Below, in pieces: positions 50,613 to 59,268 of a DNA stretch of 64,000 nt. The notes beneath the pieces are model-generated. The model saw nothing but the letters and a program-made list of their open reading frames with translations. It ran no database searches and was not told the DNA's origin. This DNA comes from Thermotogota bacterium (GTDB taxonomy: Bacteria; Thermotogota; Thermotogae; Petrotogales; Petrotogaceae). Made by a program: the position numbers and the translations under genes. The stretch covers positions 23,498-87,497 of the forward strand of contig JBNJGY010000002.1 of assembly GCA_051748045.1 (NCBI GenBank), in the 5' to 3' direction. Each line of letters opens with the position of its first letter. The first letter of the stretch is position 1.

Positions 50613-52077
50613 TTTCAACACCTCTTGGAATTGTTAATGTAAAAGTAGATCCTTCTCCAAGTTCTGTATCTAGCTCAATAGTTCCATCATGTAATTCAAC
50701 CATATCTTTAACTATAGATAAACCTACACCTGTCCCTTGTATTTCATAAGTTAATGAAGTATCTGATCTATAAAACTTATCAAATATTTTTTCTTTATCT
50801 TCTGATTTTATACCTATACTATTGTCTTTTATTTTAATAATTATATTATTATCATTTATTTCTGTAGTTATTTTAACGAACTTATTATTTTTTTCATTAT
50901 CAGAATATTTAATTGCATTTTGAATTAAATTAAATATTACTTGTCTCATTCTTGTTCTATCCATAAAAACTTCAATAGGTTCTTCGTTTTCAAATTCAAC
51001 ATCAACTTTGTTATTATTAGCGAATTCTTCTAAGGTATTACAGATTTCTTGTATTAATTCATTAATATTGAAATTAGTTTTTTCTAAATTTAAAGTTTTT
51101 AACTCTAATTTTGAAAAATCTAAAAGATCATTTAAAAGGCGGCTAAGATGGTTTGTTTCACTTTGTATAGTTTTAAAAAACTCTATTAATGTCTCATTGT
51201 CAAGCATCTCATAAGAGTCTATAATAGTATCAGAGTAAGCTTTTATTGCTGAGAGTGGTGTTCTCAATTCATGAGACATCATAGATAAGAATTCCATTTT
51301 CATCTTGTCAATTTTTTTCATCTTTTCTAGTTCTTTTGTGCCACTTATATCCCTTATGACTAAAAGAACATTTTTTTCATTTTCAAATTCAAGAAAATTA
51401 GAATCAATGGAATAAAACTTATCCTCAATTTCTTTTTCTTCAGATTGGTTTTTTTCTGTATCTAAAGTTCTTTGAATAATAGAGTTTAATTTTTCTTGTA
51501 ATACCTCATCAAGATTATCGTATTTCTCATTTTTAAAATTAATATCTTTGTTTTCTGAAAATACAACTATAGAATCATTAGTTGAATTCAAAATGCTATT
51601 TAGAAAATTCTTATTTTTTTCTATGATAAAATTTTTATTTAATATTTTATCATATAGAACTAAGTTCTCAAATAAATTTCCTGTCATGAAAGATATAATT
51701 CTGAAAAGCATCATCATTTCATTAGAAAAATCATCTTTTTTAGTTATTGCGGTATAAACAAAGTGTTTAGTATTTAAACTAAAAACAGGTACAAAAATGT
51801 ATGAAAAATTCTCTTCTGGGAAGATAGAGACATCCAAATTATTATTTGACCATATAACCATGTCTTCTATATCTGAGTTATAAGATGTTTTAAATATCTC
51901 ATGTACTTTTTCATCTTTAGAAATTTTAAAGAAAAACTCTTTATCAATATCAATAATTCCATTTGATATTTTTGATAAAGTTTTATAAGCTGAGTCTAAA
52001 TCATTAACTTTTGATATTTCCATTATAATATTAGATAAATTAGAATAGAAAGATGATTCTTTAACTTTTTCAACCAT
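50605..52077 (-). CDS. Cytoplasmic sensor histidine kinase (PAS-HisKA-HATPase)
   Basis: SHELRTPL H-box, NLIQNAIKY, IFDKFYR, GTGVGL; no TM helix. Confidence 0.9.
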   Translation of the reverse strand: MVEKVKESSFYSNLSNIIMEISKVNDLDSAYKTLSKISNGIIDIDKEFFFKISKDEKVHEIFKTSYNSDIEDMVIWSNNNLDVSIFPEENFSYIFVPVFSLNTKHFVYTAITKKDDFSNEMMMLFRIISFMTGNLFENLVLYDKILNKNFIIEKNKNFLNSILNSTNDSIVVFSENKDINFKNEKYDNLDEVLQEKLNSIIQRTLDTEKNQSEEKEIEDKFYSIDSNFLEFENEKNVLLVIRDISGTKELEKMKKIDKMKMEFLSMMSHELRTPLSAIKAYSDTIIDSYEMLDNETLIEFFKTIQSETNHLSRLLNDLLDFSKLELKTLNLEKTNFNINELIQEICNTLEEFANNNKVDVEFENEEPIEVFMDRTRMRQVIFNLIQNAIKYSDNEKNNKFVKITTEINDNNIIIKIKDNSIGIKSEDKEKIFDKFYRSDTSLTYEIQGTGVGLSIVKDMVELHDGTIELDTELGEGSTFTLTIPRGVENE

Positions 52078-52234
52078 AGTAAACCCCTTCTTATAGATTA
52101 ATCCATTTAATTATACCTTATAGAATGATTAATACAAAATAAATTCATTTAATCATTAATTGAATTTTTTAATGAATATCACTTTCACTGTCAAATGATA
52201 TAATTGTATGAGATAGAAAAAGGAGGTTCAAAAA

Positions 52235-53584
52235 ATGAAAATAGATATGAAAATTGATGTTAAAAAACTAATAGATAATAATCAACTAAAAATTTTAAAA
52301 GATATTTTAAAAGATCAAGAACCTGCTTATATTGTAGAAATGATAGAAGAAATCGAAGCAGAAGATAAAGTTATTATTTTTAGACTTTTACAAAAGGACA
52401 CTGCTGCTCTTGTATTTTCCGAACTTGAAAAAGATGATCAAAAAATATTGTTATCTCTTTTTAAGGAGGAAAAGATAAAAGAAATTGTGACCAATCTAGA
52501 TCCAGATGATAGAACAGATTTATTTGAAGAACTTCCAGCCAACGTAGTAAAAAAGCTTTTAGCCTATTTATCTCCTGAAGAAAGAAGACAAGCTCAAATT
52601 CTTTTAAACTATCCAGAAGATTCAGCAGGTAGAATAATGACACCTGACCTTTTTGATCTAAGAGAAAAATCTACCTCAGGAGCTGCCTTGAAAAAAATTA
52701 AAGAGAAAGGAAAAAGAGCAGAAACAATTTATACTCTTTTTGTTATTGATGAAAACAGAAAACTAACTGGGGTTGTTGAATTAGATGAGATAATTTTTTC
52801 TGAAGAATCTAAATTAATACAAGAAATAATGAATGATGATCCTCTTTATGTCAGTGTTTATGATACAGGAGAAGAAGCAGCGATGATTATGAGAGATTAT
52901 GATTTATTAGCTCTACCAGTAGTGGACTCAGAAAAGAGATTAGTGGGAATTATAACAGTTGACGATATTATAGACATTATTGAAGAATCTGCAACAGAAG
53001 ATATACAAAAAATGGCTGCTGTAAATGCGACAGATACTTCATATCTTCACACTTCAATATGGAAATTAGTGAAAAGTAGGGTTGTGTGGTTGATTATGCT
53101 TCTTTTACTTGAAAGTATGGCTGTATTTATTATTGATAGCTTTTCAGCTGTGTTGCAAAAAATAACAATTCTAGCAGCATTTATACCTACTATAAATGCT
53201 ATGGGAGGTAACACTGGTAGCCAAATGTCTGCTGTAATAATTAGATCTATGGCTTTAGGAGAATTAGATAAAGATGATATAAAAAAAGTGTTAAAAAAAG
53301 AAATATTTGTTGGAACAATAATAGCCTTAATATTATCAGTAGTTATGGGTTTAAGAGCTTTTGTAAACACTCAAAATACTTCTATAATATTGGCATTATC
53401 CTCTTCTTTGATTGTTGTAGTTTTGGTATCAAACTTTCTTGGTTCTGTGTTACCTTTTTTTGCAAAAAAATTTAAAGTAGACCCAGCTTTAATTTCTGGT
53501 CCTCTTATCTCAACAATCATGGATGTTATTAGTATGGCAGTTTATTTTTCTGTTTCTATGTATTTTTTAAAAGACATGCTTTAA
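52235..53584 (+). CDS. mgtE: Magnesium transporter MgtE
   Basis: YPEDSAGRIMT, CBS pair, GGNTGSQ, DPALISGPLISTIMD. Confidence 0.96.
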   Translation: MKIDMKIDVKKLIDNNQLKILKDILKDQEPAYIVEMIEEIEAEDKVIIFRLLQKDTAALVFSELEKDDQKILLSLFKEEKIKEIVTNLDPDDRTDLFEELPANVVKKLLAYLSPEERRQAQILLNYPEDSAGRIMTPDLFDLREKSTSGAALKKIKEKGKRAETIYTLFVIDENRKLTGVVELDEIIFSEESKLIQEIMNDDPLYVSVYDTGEEAAMIMRDYDLLALPVVDSEKRLVGIITVDDIIDIIEESATEDIQKMAAVNATDTSYLHTSIWKLVKSRVVWLIMLLLLESMAVFIIDSFSAVLQKITILAAFIPTINAMGGNTGSQMSAVIIRSMALGELDKDDIKKVLKKEIFVGTIIALILSVVMGLRAFVNTQNTSIILALSSSLIVVVLVSNFLGSVLPFFAKKFKVDPALISGPLISTIMDVISMAVYFSVSMYFLKDML

Positions 53585-53590
53585 AATATG

Positions 53591-53625
53591 ATGAAGAAAG
53601 ATGTAAATCTTTCTTCATTTATTAT
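53591..53625 (+). terminator. Intrinsic terminator after mgtE
   Basis: ATGAAGAAAGAT-GTAA-ATCTTTCTTCAT. Confidence 0.7.
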
Positions 53626-53693
53626 TAATTAAAGATTTTTATATTAATATATTAATAACAGAAAATAATTAAAACCATGTTTAAATAGTTAAA

Positions 53694-53781
53694 AAGTGAA
53701 AATTTTCATTAAATATTTACTTTTTTAAAAATAATACATTAAAATAAAAAAGTTAAAATTTATTAGTGAAAAAAATAACCA
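53694..53781 (+). promoter_or_regulatory. Two candidate Rex operators upstream of the hydrogenase operon
   Basis: AAGTGAA-AATT-TTCATTA (53694-53711) and TAGTGAA-AAAA-ATAACCA (53764-53781) versus TTGTGAA-N4-TTCACAA. Confidence 0.45.
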
Positions 53782-53810
53782 ATAATAAATTAGTCTTGGA
53801 GTTGATTCTA

Positions 53811-54086
53811 TTGATAGAAATTTATGTCTGTATGGGAAGTGCATGCTATTTAAAAGGATCTAGAGATATTGTAGATATTTTGAATCGTATGATAAAAAAA
53901 TATGAATTGAAAACAAGAGTTAAACTTAAAGGATCTTTTTGTTTGGGACCATGTAATCAGGGAGTAGTAATAAAAGTAGGAGATAGATATTTTAAAAAAA
54001 TGAATACAGAAAATACTATGAAAATATTTAAAGAGAAGATTTATCCTTATATTTTAGAAATTGAAGAGAGTGGTTATCATGAATAA
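53811..54086 (+). CDS. Thioredoxin-like [2Fe-2S] protein (HfsA-like)
   Basis: VCMGSACYLKGS...GSFCLGPC; TTG start at 53811 after GGAG. Confidence 0.85.
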   Translation: MIEIYVCMGSACYLKGSRDIVDILNRMIKKYELKTRVKLKGSFCLGPCNQGVVIKVGDRYFKKMNTENTMKIFKEKIYPYILEIEESGYHE

Positions 54087-54582
54087 TTTATCAAAAAATG
54101 TTTGGGAATTAATAATGGATTACGATCCTAATGGAATAATGGCAGTTGATGAGGAATTTACTATAAAACTTGTAAATCCATCATTTGCAAAAATGTTTTA
54201 TCTTCAAGGAAAAGATATCATAGGTAGGTCAGTTTTTGAGTTTTTTAATGATTTTGATGATTATAGAGAAATAATGGAGGATGAAGAAAAAATATTAAAA
54301 AAAATTCATACTTATAAAAATTATGGCTTAACTGTTTCTGAAGTAACTTTTAGAATTAAAGATGAAAATTTAATTGTTAAAATATTTCACGACATAACAG
54401 ACCAAGTCGAAAAAGAAAAAGAACTGAAATATTTGAAATTGCATATAATTGAAGAAGTACAAAAAATCGTTGACAAACAGATGAAAACCGGTCAAGAAAT
54501 TGCGTCTATACTAGGAGAAACAACAGCAGAAACAAAGGCTACTTTAGTAAAACTACTTGATATTTTAAAAAAAGAAAACTAA
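54079..54582 (+). CDS. PAS-domain protein carrying the HydS/HfsB C-terminal tail (no H-cluster domain)
   Basis: PNGIMAVDEEFTIKLVNPSFAKMF PAS start; tail IVDKQMKTGQEIASILGETTAETKATL. Confidence 0.8.
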   Translation: MNNLSKNVWELIMDYDPNGIMAVDEEFTIKLVNPSFAKMFYLQGKDIIGRSVFEFFNDFDDYREIMEDEEKILKKIHTYKNYGLTVSEVTFRIKDENLIVKIFHDITDQVEKEKELKYLKLHIIEEVQKIVDKQMKTGQEIASILGETTAETKATLVKLLDILKKEN

Positions 54583-54596
54583 AAGGAAGGTTAAAG

Positions 54597-55760
54597 ATGA
54601 TATCTTCAGTTATATATAAAAAAAGTTTAAATAAATTTGGCGAAGAAGTTTGCGGAGATAATTTTCAATTAAGTAAAACTTCAAATTCAAAAATAGCCGT
54701 TTTATCTGATGGATTAGGTAGCGGAATAAAAGCTAGTATCTTATCAATTTTAACAACAGAAATTATTTCAACAATGTTTAAAAAAGGTGTAGAAGTAGAA
54801 GAAATTTATCATACAATTGCAAAAACTCTTCCTGTTTGTAAAATAAGAGGAATGGCGTATTCAACTTTTTCAATTGTACAAGTTTTTAAAGATGGAAAAA
54901 TTAAAATAGTTAATTACGATAATCCTGTACCAATTGTAATTAGAGATGGTGAATTATACTGGCCAAAATATCAAAAAAAAGTTATTAATGGCAAGGCTGT
55001 TAATATTTCTAATTTTTATCTTGAACCAGATGATTTTGTTTTTGTTTTTTCTGATGGAATAGTTCATGCGGGTTTAGGTAATATGATGGATTTTGGTTGG
55101 GGAATAGAAAATATTTCTGCTTATATAAAAAGACTTTATAGAAGGACAAGAGATATAAAATATATGGTAGATAATCTAGTAGAGTTGACAAAAAGTTATT
55201 ATGGCTCACAGCCTGGTGATGATTCTAGTGTTGTAGGGTTTAAAATAACAGAAAAACCAACTGCAATTATTTTTACAGGGCCTCCTTTGGATCCAAAACA
55301 AGATAAGTTTTATGTTCAAAAATTTATTGAGAATGAAGGTAAGAAAATTGTTTGTGGAGGTACTACTAGTAACATAGTATCAAGAATAATAGATGAAGAA
55401 ATTGAAATAAATTTCAATATAAATTCAAAAAGTGAAATTCCTCCTTATGGGAGTATGAAAGGTGTAGACCTAGTTACAGAGGGAGTATTAACACTAAAAG
55501 GATTAAATAATTTGCTTGGTAAATGTAAAAATAATATGTTTGAGATAGATATAGAAGATAAAAACCTAGATGCTTCAGAAAAAATGTTTATAACACTAAG
55601 AGATTGTGATGAAATAACATTATTGGTAGGCAGAAAAGTAAATGTTTTTTATCATAACCCAGCATTACCTTTTGATATGTCTATTAGATCAAATCTTATA
55701 AGGGACATCAAATCAAATTTAAAAAGAGTGGGAAAAGAAGTTAAAGTAGAGTATTGTTGA
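54597..55760 (+). CDS. SpoIIE/PP2C-type Ser/Thr phosphatase (HfsC-like)
   Basis: GEEVCGD, LSDGLGSG, FSDGIVHAG, PGDD, CGGTT, LVTEG. Confidence 0.9.
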   Translation: MISSVIYKKSLNKFGEEVCGDNFQLSKTSNSKIAVLSDGLGSGIKASILSILTTEIISTMFKKGVEVEEIYHTIAKTLPVCKIRGMAYSTFSIVQVFKDGKIKIVNYDNPVPIVIRDGELYWPKYQKKVINGKAVNISNFYLEPDDFVFVFSDGIVHAGLGNMMDFGWGIENISAYIKRLYRRTRDIKYMVDNLVELTKSYYGSQPGDDSSVVGFKITEKPTAIIFTGPPLDPKQDKFYVQKFIENEGKKIVCGGTTSNIVSRIIDEEIEINFNINSKSEIPPYGSMKGVDLVTEGVLTLKGLNNLLGKCKNNMFEIDIEDKNLDASEKMFITLRDCDEITLLVGRKVNVFYHNPALPFDMSIRSNLIRDIKSNLKRVGKEVKVEYC

Positions 55761-55773
55761 GGAGAGTGAAAAA

Positions 55774-56016
55774 ATGAAAATAGAAATATGTGTAGGTACA
55801 ACCTGCCATTTAATGGGTTCATCTAGTATAATAGAGGCTTTGGAAGATATAGAAGAAAAAATAAAAGATAAAATTGAAATAAAATATACTACTTGTTTTG
55901 AACTATGTCATGGTCAAATGAAGCCACCAATTATAAAAATAGATAACAAATTCTATGAAGATATAAATCCTGAAAAGATAAAAATGATAGTTAGAAATAA
56001 AATAGGGAATGATTGA
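55774..56016 (+). CDS. Small thioredoxin-like [2Fe-2S] (NuoE-like) protein
   Basis: ICVGTTCHLMG...CFELC. Confidence 0.8.
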   Translation: MKIEICVGTTCHLMGSSSIIEALEDIEEKIKDKIEIKYTTCFELCHGQMKPPIIKIDNKFYEDINPEKIKMIVRNKIGND

Positions 56017-57443
56017 AAATGAGAAATTTTGTTTTCAATGAAATAATGAAATTAAAAAGGCAAACTTTGATAGAAATGTCTAGGTTATTAGAAAAAAATG
56101 AATTAAAAAAAAGTTTATTTTTATTACCAAAAAAAATGTTACCTGGGCCTGAAGGCACTTATAGAGATTCTGTATATCATGAAAGAGAAGTGTTAAAACA
56201 GAGGATAAAATTATTTTTAGGACTTGATTATGAGAAATCAAAAAATCTGGAACTATTTCAAATTTCGGAACATCTGGATGAAATTTTAGAAGGGAAATCA
56301 GAATTATTAGATAAAGAGAAAAAAATACACATAATAAAAGAAGGATGTGATTCTTGTCCTTCAGGTAGGTATTATATAACAGATCTTTGTAGAAACTGTG
56401 TAGCTCATTCTTGTATGAATTCTTGTCCTAAAGATGCGATCTCTTTTAATAATGGAAGAGCTTCAATAAATGCTGAAAAATGTATAGGCTGTGGATTATG
56501 TGAACAATCTTGTAATTACTTTGCCATAATGAAATTAGAGAGACCTTGTGAAGTATCTTGTTCAGTAGATGCAATAGAAAAAGATGAAACAAATGCTGCA
56601 GAAATAAATTATGAAAAATGTGTCGCTTGTGGTTCTTGTTATATCTCATGTCCATTTGGCGCAGTTGAAACAACGTCTTCTCTTATCAAAGTGTTATATA
56701 ATTTGAAAAAAACTAAAAAGAAAAATATTGCTTTAATAGCTCCTTCTATTGTTTCGCAGTTTGGACCAAAAGTAACAATTGGAAAGATAAAAAAAGCTTT
56801 AAAAAAAATAGGTTTTGATGAATCAATTGAAGTAGCGATAGGAGCAGATATGATTGCAAAAGAAGAAGCTGAATATTTAAAAAATGCTAATAATTTAATC
56901 ACAACATCATGTTGCCCAGCTTTTGTTGAATATATTAAAAAATATAAACCTGATTTTATTGACAAAATATCCCCTTCCTTATCTCCAATGACACATTTAG
57001 CAAAATATTTAAGAAAAGAGTATAAAGATTTAGAGTTGACATTTATTGGTCCTTGCATTGCAAAAGAAAAAGAAAATTATATATATGGTGAAGTTGATAA
57101 TATTTTAACCTTTGAAGAAGTTGGCATTCTTTTTATTACAAAAAATATTGAGCCATCTAATTGTGAAGAAGAAGAATTGAAAGGAAGCTATGAAGGTTGG
57201 AATTTTGCCGCAAGTGGCGGTGTAACTAAAGCGTTAAAAGAATATATAGATGATAATATTAAAGATATTCAAATGAATGGCTTAAAAGAAGCTGATAAGA
57301 TTTTTAAAGAATTAGAAAAAGAGGATTATGATTTGTTGGAAGGAATGGCATGTGAAGGTGGATGTATTTGTGGACCAGGGATAATAAACAACCCTAGAGT
57401 TGCAAAAAGGAAATTATCTAATTTAAATATAAAAATAAAATAA
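56013..57443 (+). CDS. Monomeric group B [FeFe]-hydrogenase (HfsD-like)
   Basis: N-terminal ferredoxin CxxCxxCxxxC motifs; P1 TTSCCPAF, P2 GPCIAKEKE, P3 EGMACEGGCICG. Confidence 0.92.
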   Translation: MKMRNFVFNEIMKLKRQTLIEMSRLLEKNELKKSLFLLPKKMLPGPEGTYRDSVYHEREVLKQRIKLFLGLDYEKSKNLELFQISEHLDEILEGKSELLDKEKKIHIIKEGCDSCPSGRYYITDLCRNCVAHSCMNSCPKDAISFNNGRASINAEKCIGCGLCEQSCNYFAIMKLERPCEVSCSVDAIEKDETNAAEINYEKCVACGSCYISCPFGAVETTSSLIKVLYNLKKTKKKNIALIAPSIVSQFGPKVTIGKIKKALKKIGFDESIEVAIGADMIAKEEAEYLKNANNLITTSCCPAFVEYIKKYKPDFIDKISPSLSPMTHLAKYLRKEYKDLELTFIGPCIAKEKENYIYGEVDNILTFEEVGILFITKNIEPSNCEEEELKGSYEGWNFAASGGVTKALKEYIDDNIKDIQMNGLKEADKIFKELEKEDYDLLEGMACEGGCICGPGIINNPRVAKRKLSNLNIKIK

Positions 57444-57464
57444 GATAAGATAAGATAAGATAAG
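57441..57464 (+). repeat. (TAAGA)4-TAAG pentanucleotide tandem repeat
   Basis: Directly visible; begins at the hydrogenase stop codon. Confidence 0.9.
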
Positions 57465-57470
57465 TCCTTT

Positions 57471-57573
57471 TAATATGATACCTCCAAAGTAGAAATGTAG
57501 TTAAAAAAAATTACAAAACTGCTTTGGAGGTATAATTATTAATTCTTATGTCTATTTGATATGAAGCTGTTCA
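57471..57573 (+). mobile_element. Probable IS3-family MITE-like remnant (both ends, no transposase)
   Basis: Left TAATATGATACCTCCAAAGTAGAAA with internal 15-bp hairpin over a GGAGGT site; right TGTCTATTTGATATGAAGCTGTTCA. Confidence 0.5.
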
Positions 57574-57581
57574 ATAAGCTC

Positions 57582-58046
57582 TTATTTTATGTATATTTCC
57601 ATTTTTTCATTAGTAGATAAAATAACATTTCCTTTTTCCTTCATTACAAATAAATCACCTGGAGTTAGTTCAGTTGATTCACCATTAGCTGTGACATTAA
57701 TTCCTCCAGCTTGTACGTATATTTTTTCAACTTCCTTTTCAATAGTTCCTTCAGTTTTTACTAAATTCCATTCTTTAACTTTAAGTTCTCTTAAATGGTC
57801 TTCTTCTGGAAATTTTATTAAAAAGAAGTTATCAAATTCGATTTCTTTTGTTTGATCTTTAAAAAATAAATCATTAGGATTTTCTAAAGCTTTATTCAAA
57901 CCGCCTAAGGTATCTCCTAAAAGTTCATAATAATTTGAAATAGTTTTTTCATCATATTTACTACTTAAAAAATTATCTAAATCATCAAAATCAGCATCGG
58001 GATGCTGTTCTAAAAAATTCTCTACATCTTTTATAACTTTTTCCAC
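57582..58046 (-). CDS. Acidic N-domain + cupin (DUF861-like) protein
   Basis: LRELKVKEW...EKIYVQAGGINVT...ELTPGDLFVM; GTG start after AGGAGGT. Confidence 0.55.
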   Translation of the reverse strand: MEKVIKDVENFLEQHPDADFDDLDNFLSSKYDEKTISNYYELLGDTLGGLNKALENPNDLFFKDQTKEIEFDNFFLIKFPEEDHLRELKVKEWNLVKTEGTIEKEVEKIYVQAGGINVTANGESTELTPGDLFVMKEKGNVILSTNEKMEIYIK

Positions 58047-58064
58047 AAAAATACCTCCTAAAGG

Positions 58065-58367
58065 TTAAAGCTGCATTCTCATAATTTCTTTATAAGAATC
58101 TATGATTTTTCCTGTAACTTCTGATGTTAACTGTAATGATAAAGAGGCTTTTTCTGCAGCTATTATTACTTGATGAACATCATTAATCTTTCCAGTTGAA
58201 TAATCAACAGCAGCTTTATCTGCACTCTTTTGAAGGTTATTAACATCATTAATTGCATCTTTTAACATGTTTGAAAAATCAACATTTGCATTTTCTTGAG
58301 TCTTAGAAGTGGGGATACTTTTATTAACTCCTGATACATTTTGAATTCCGTTGATTTTATCTATCAA
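58065..58367 (-). CDS. fliE: Flagellar hook-basal body protein FliE
   Basis: FSNMLKDAINDVNNLQ, HQVIIAAEKASLSLQ, YKEIMRMQL. Confidence 0.93.
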   Translation of the reverse strand: MIDKINGIQNVSGVNKSIPTSKTQENANVDFSNMLKDAINDVNNLQKSADKAAVDYSTGKINDVHQVIIAAEKASLSLQLTSEVTGKIIDSYKEIMRMQL

Positions 58368-58382
58368 TATGGTTCACCTCCA

Positions 58383-58805
58383 TTATTTCCCTATACTTAA
58401 TGCTGAATTATACATAGATTTTGCTGAGTTTATTACTGCAGCATTAGAATCATAAGCTCTTTGAGCTGACATCATATCTACCATTTCATTTAGTGCATTC
58501 ACATTAGGCATTCTAACATATCCTTCTTCATTAGCATCTGGGTGTTCAGGATTATATACTAATTTGAAAGGAGAAGAATCTTCTTGGATTGAATTGACTT
58601 TTACCCCACCAAATTCAGATTTTGTTTTTCCAAGTTCTCCATTTAATACCTCTTGAAAAGTAACGATTTTTCTTCTATATGGATCTCCATTTTCAGTTCT
58701 TGTTGTATCAGTATTAGCTAAATTTTGTGATATGACATTTAATCTAAATCTTTCTGCTGACATTCCTGAAGAGGATATATTGATACTTTTAAATAAGCCT
58801 TCCAT
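58383..58805 (-). CDS. flgC: Flagellar basal-body rod protein FlgC
   Basis: SSSGMSAER, NLANTDT, PYRRK, YNPEHPDA, MPNVN. Confidence 0.96.
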   Translation of the reverse strand: MEGLFKSINISSSGMSAERFRLNVISQNLANTDTTRTENGDPYRRKIVTFQEVLNGELGKTKSEFGGVKVNSIQEDSSPFKLVYNPEHPDANEEGYVRMPNVNALNEMVDMMSAQRAYDSNAAVINSAKSMYNSALSIGK

Positions 58806-59203
58806 TATCTAACACTCCTTATAGCTGTACTATATCTGTTTATAGCATAAGTCATCATTCTAGACAAACCATTATACTTCAATGTGTTTTGTACCATATC
58901 TGAAACCTCTGCATCGATATCAACATTATTACCATCATTTCTTAATGAAGTATTGTCTTGTGTTTTTACTTCACCTTGAACTTTTTTATAACTTAATGTA
59001 TTATTTAAATGACGATCTTTAGTTGTTTTTAATTTCAATTCATTATTGTCACCTAATGCTTTTGCTAGTTCTTCTTCAAAAGCTACTGTTTTTCTTTTAT
59101 AATTAGGGGTATTATAATTTGCGATGTTTTGGGAAATTGTTTGCTGCTTTTTTAAAGAAGCATCCATGGCTTTTGGCAAAACATCAAAATTTATATCAAA
59201 CAT
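58805..59203 (-). CDS. flgB: Flagellar basal-body rod protein FlgB
   Basis: NIANYNTPNYK, RNDGNNVDID. Confidence 0.95.
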   Translation of the reverse strand: MFDINFDVLPKAMDASLKKQQTISQNIANYNTPNYKRKTVAFEEELAKALGDNNELKLKTTKDRHLNNTLSYKKVQGEVKTQDNTSLRNDGNNVDIDAEVSDMVQNTLKYNGLSRMMTYAINRYSTAIRSVR

Positions 59204-59268
59204 ATTTTATCCCTCCTGTTATTATTATTCTTTAAAAAATTTAAAAAATCCTTAAATGGGGGAACATT

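Noticed and set aside
52078-52234. Possible M-box (ykoK) riboswitch upstream of mgtE
   Set aside because: No structured conserved leader; a TATAAT lies only about 30 nt before the start codon
53811-54582. Frameshifted or pseudogenised hydS spanning the ferredoxin and PAS ORFs
   Set aside because: Both ORFs are complete, and there is no H-cluster motif remnant or space for one
59204-59268. Sigma28 promoter for flgB
   Set aside because: No GCCGATAA-like -10 element is visible
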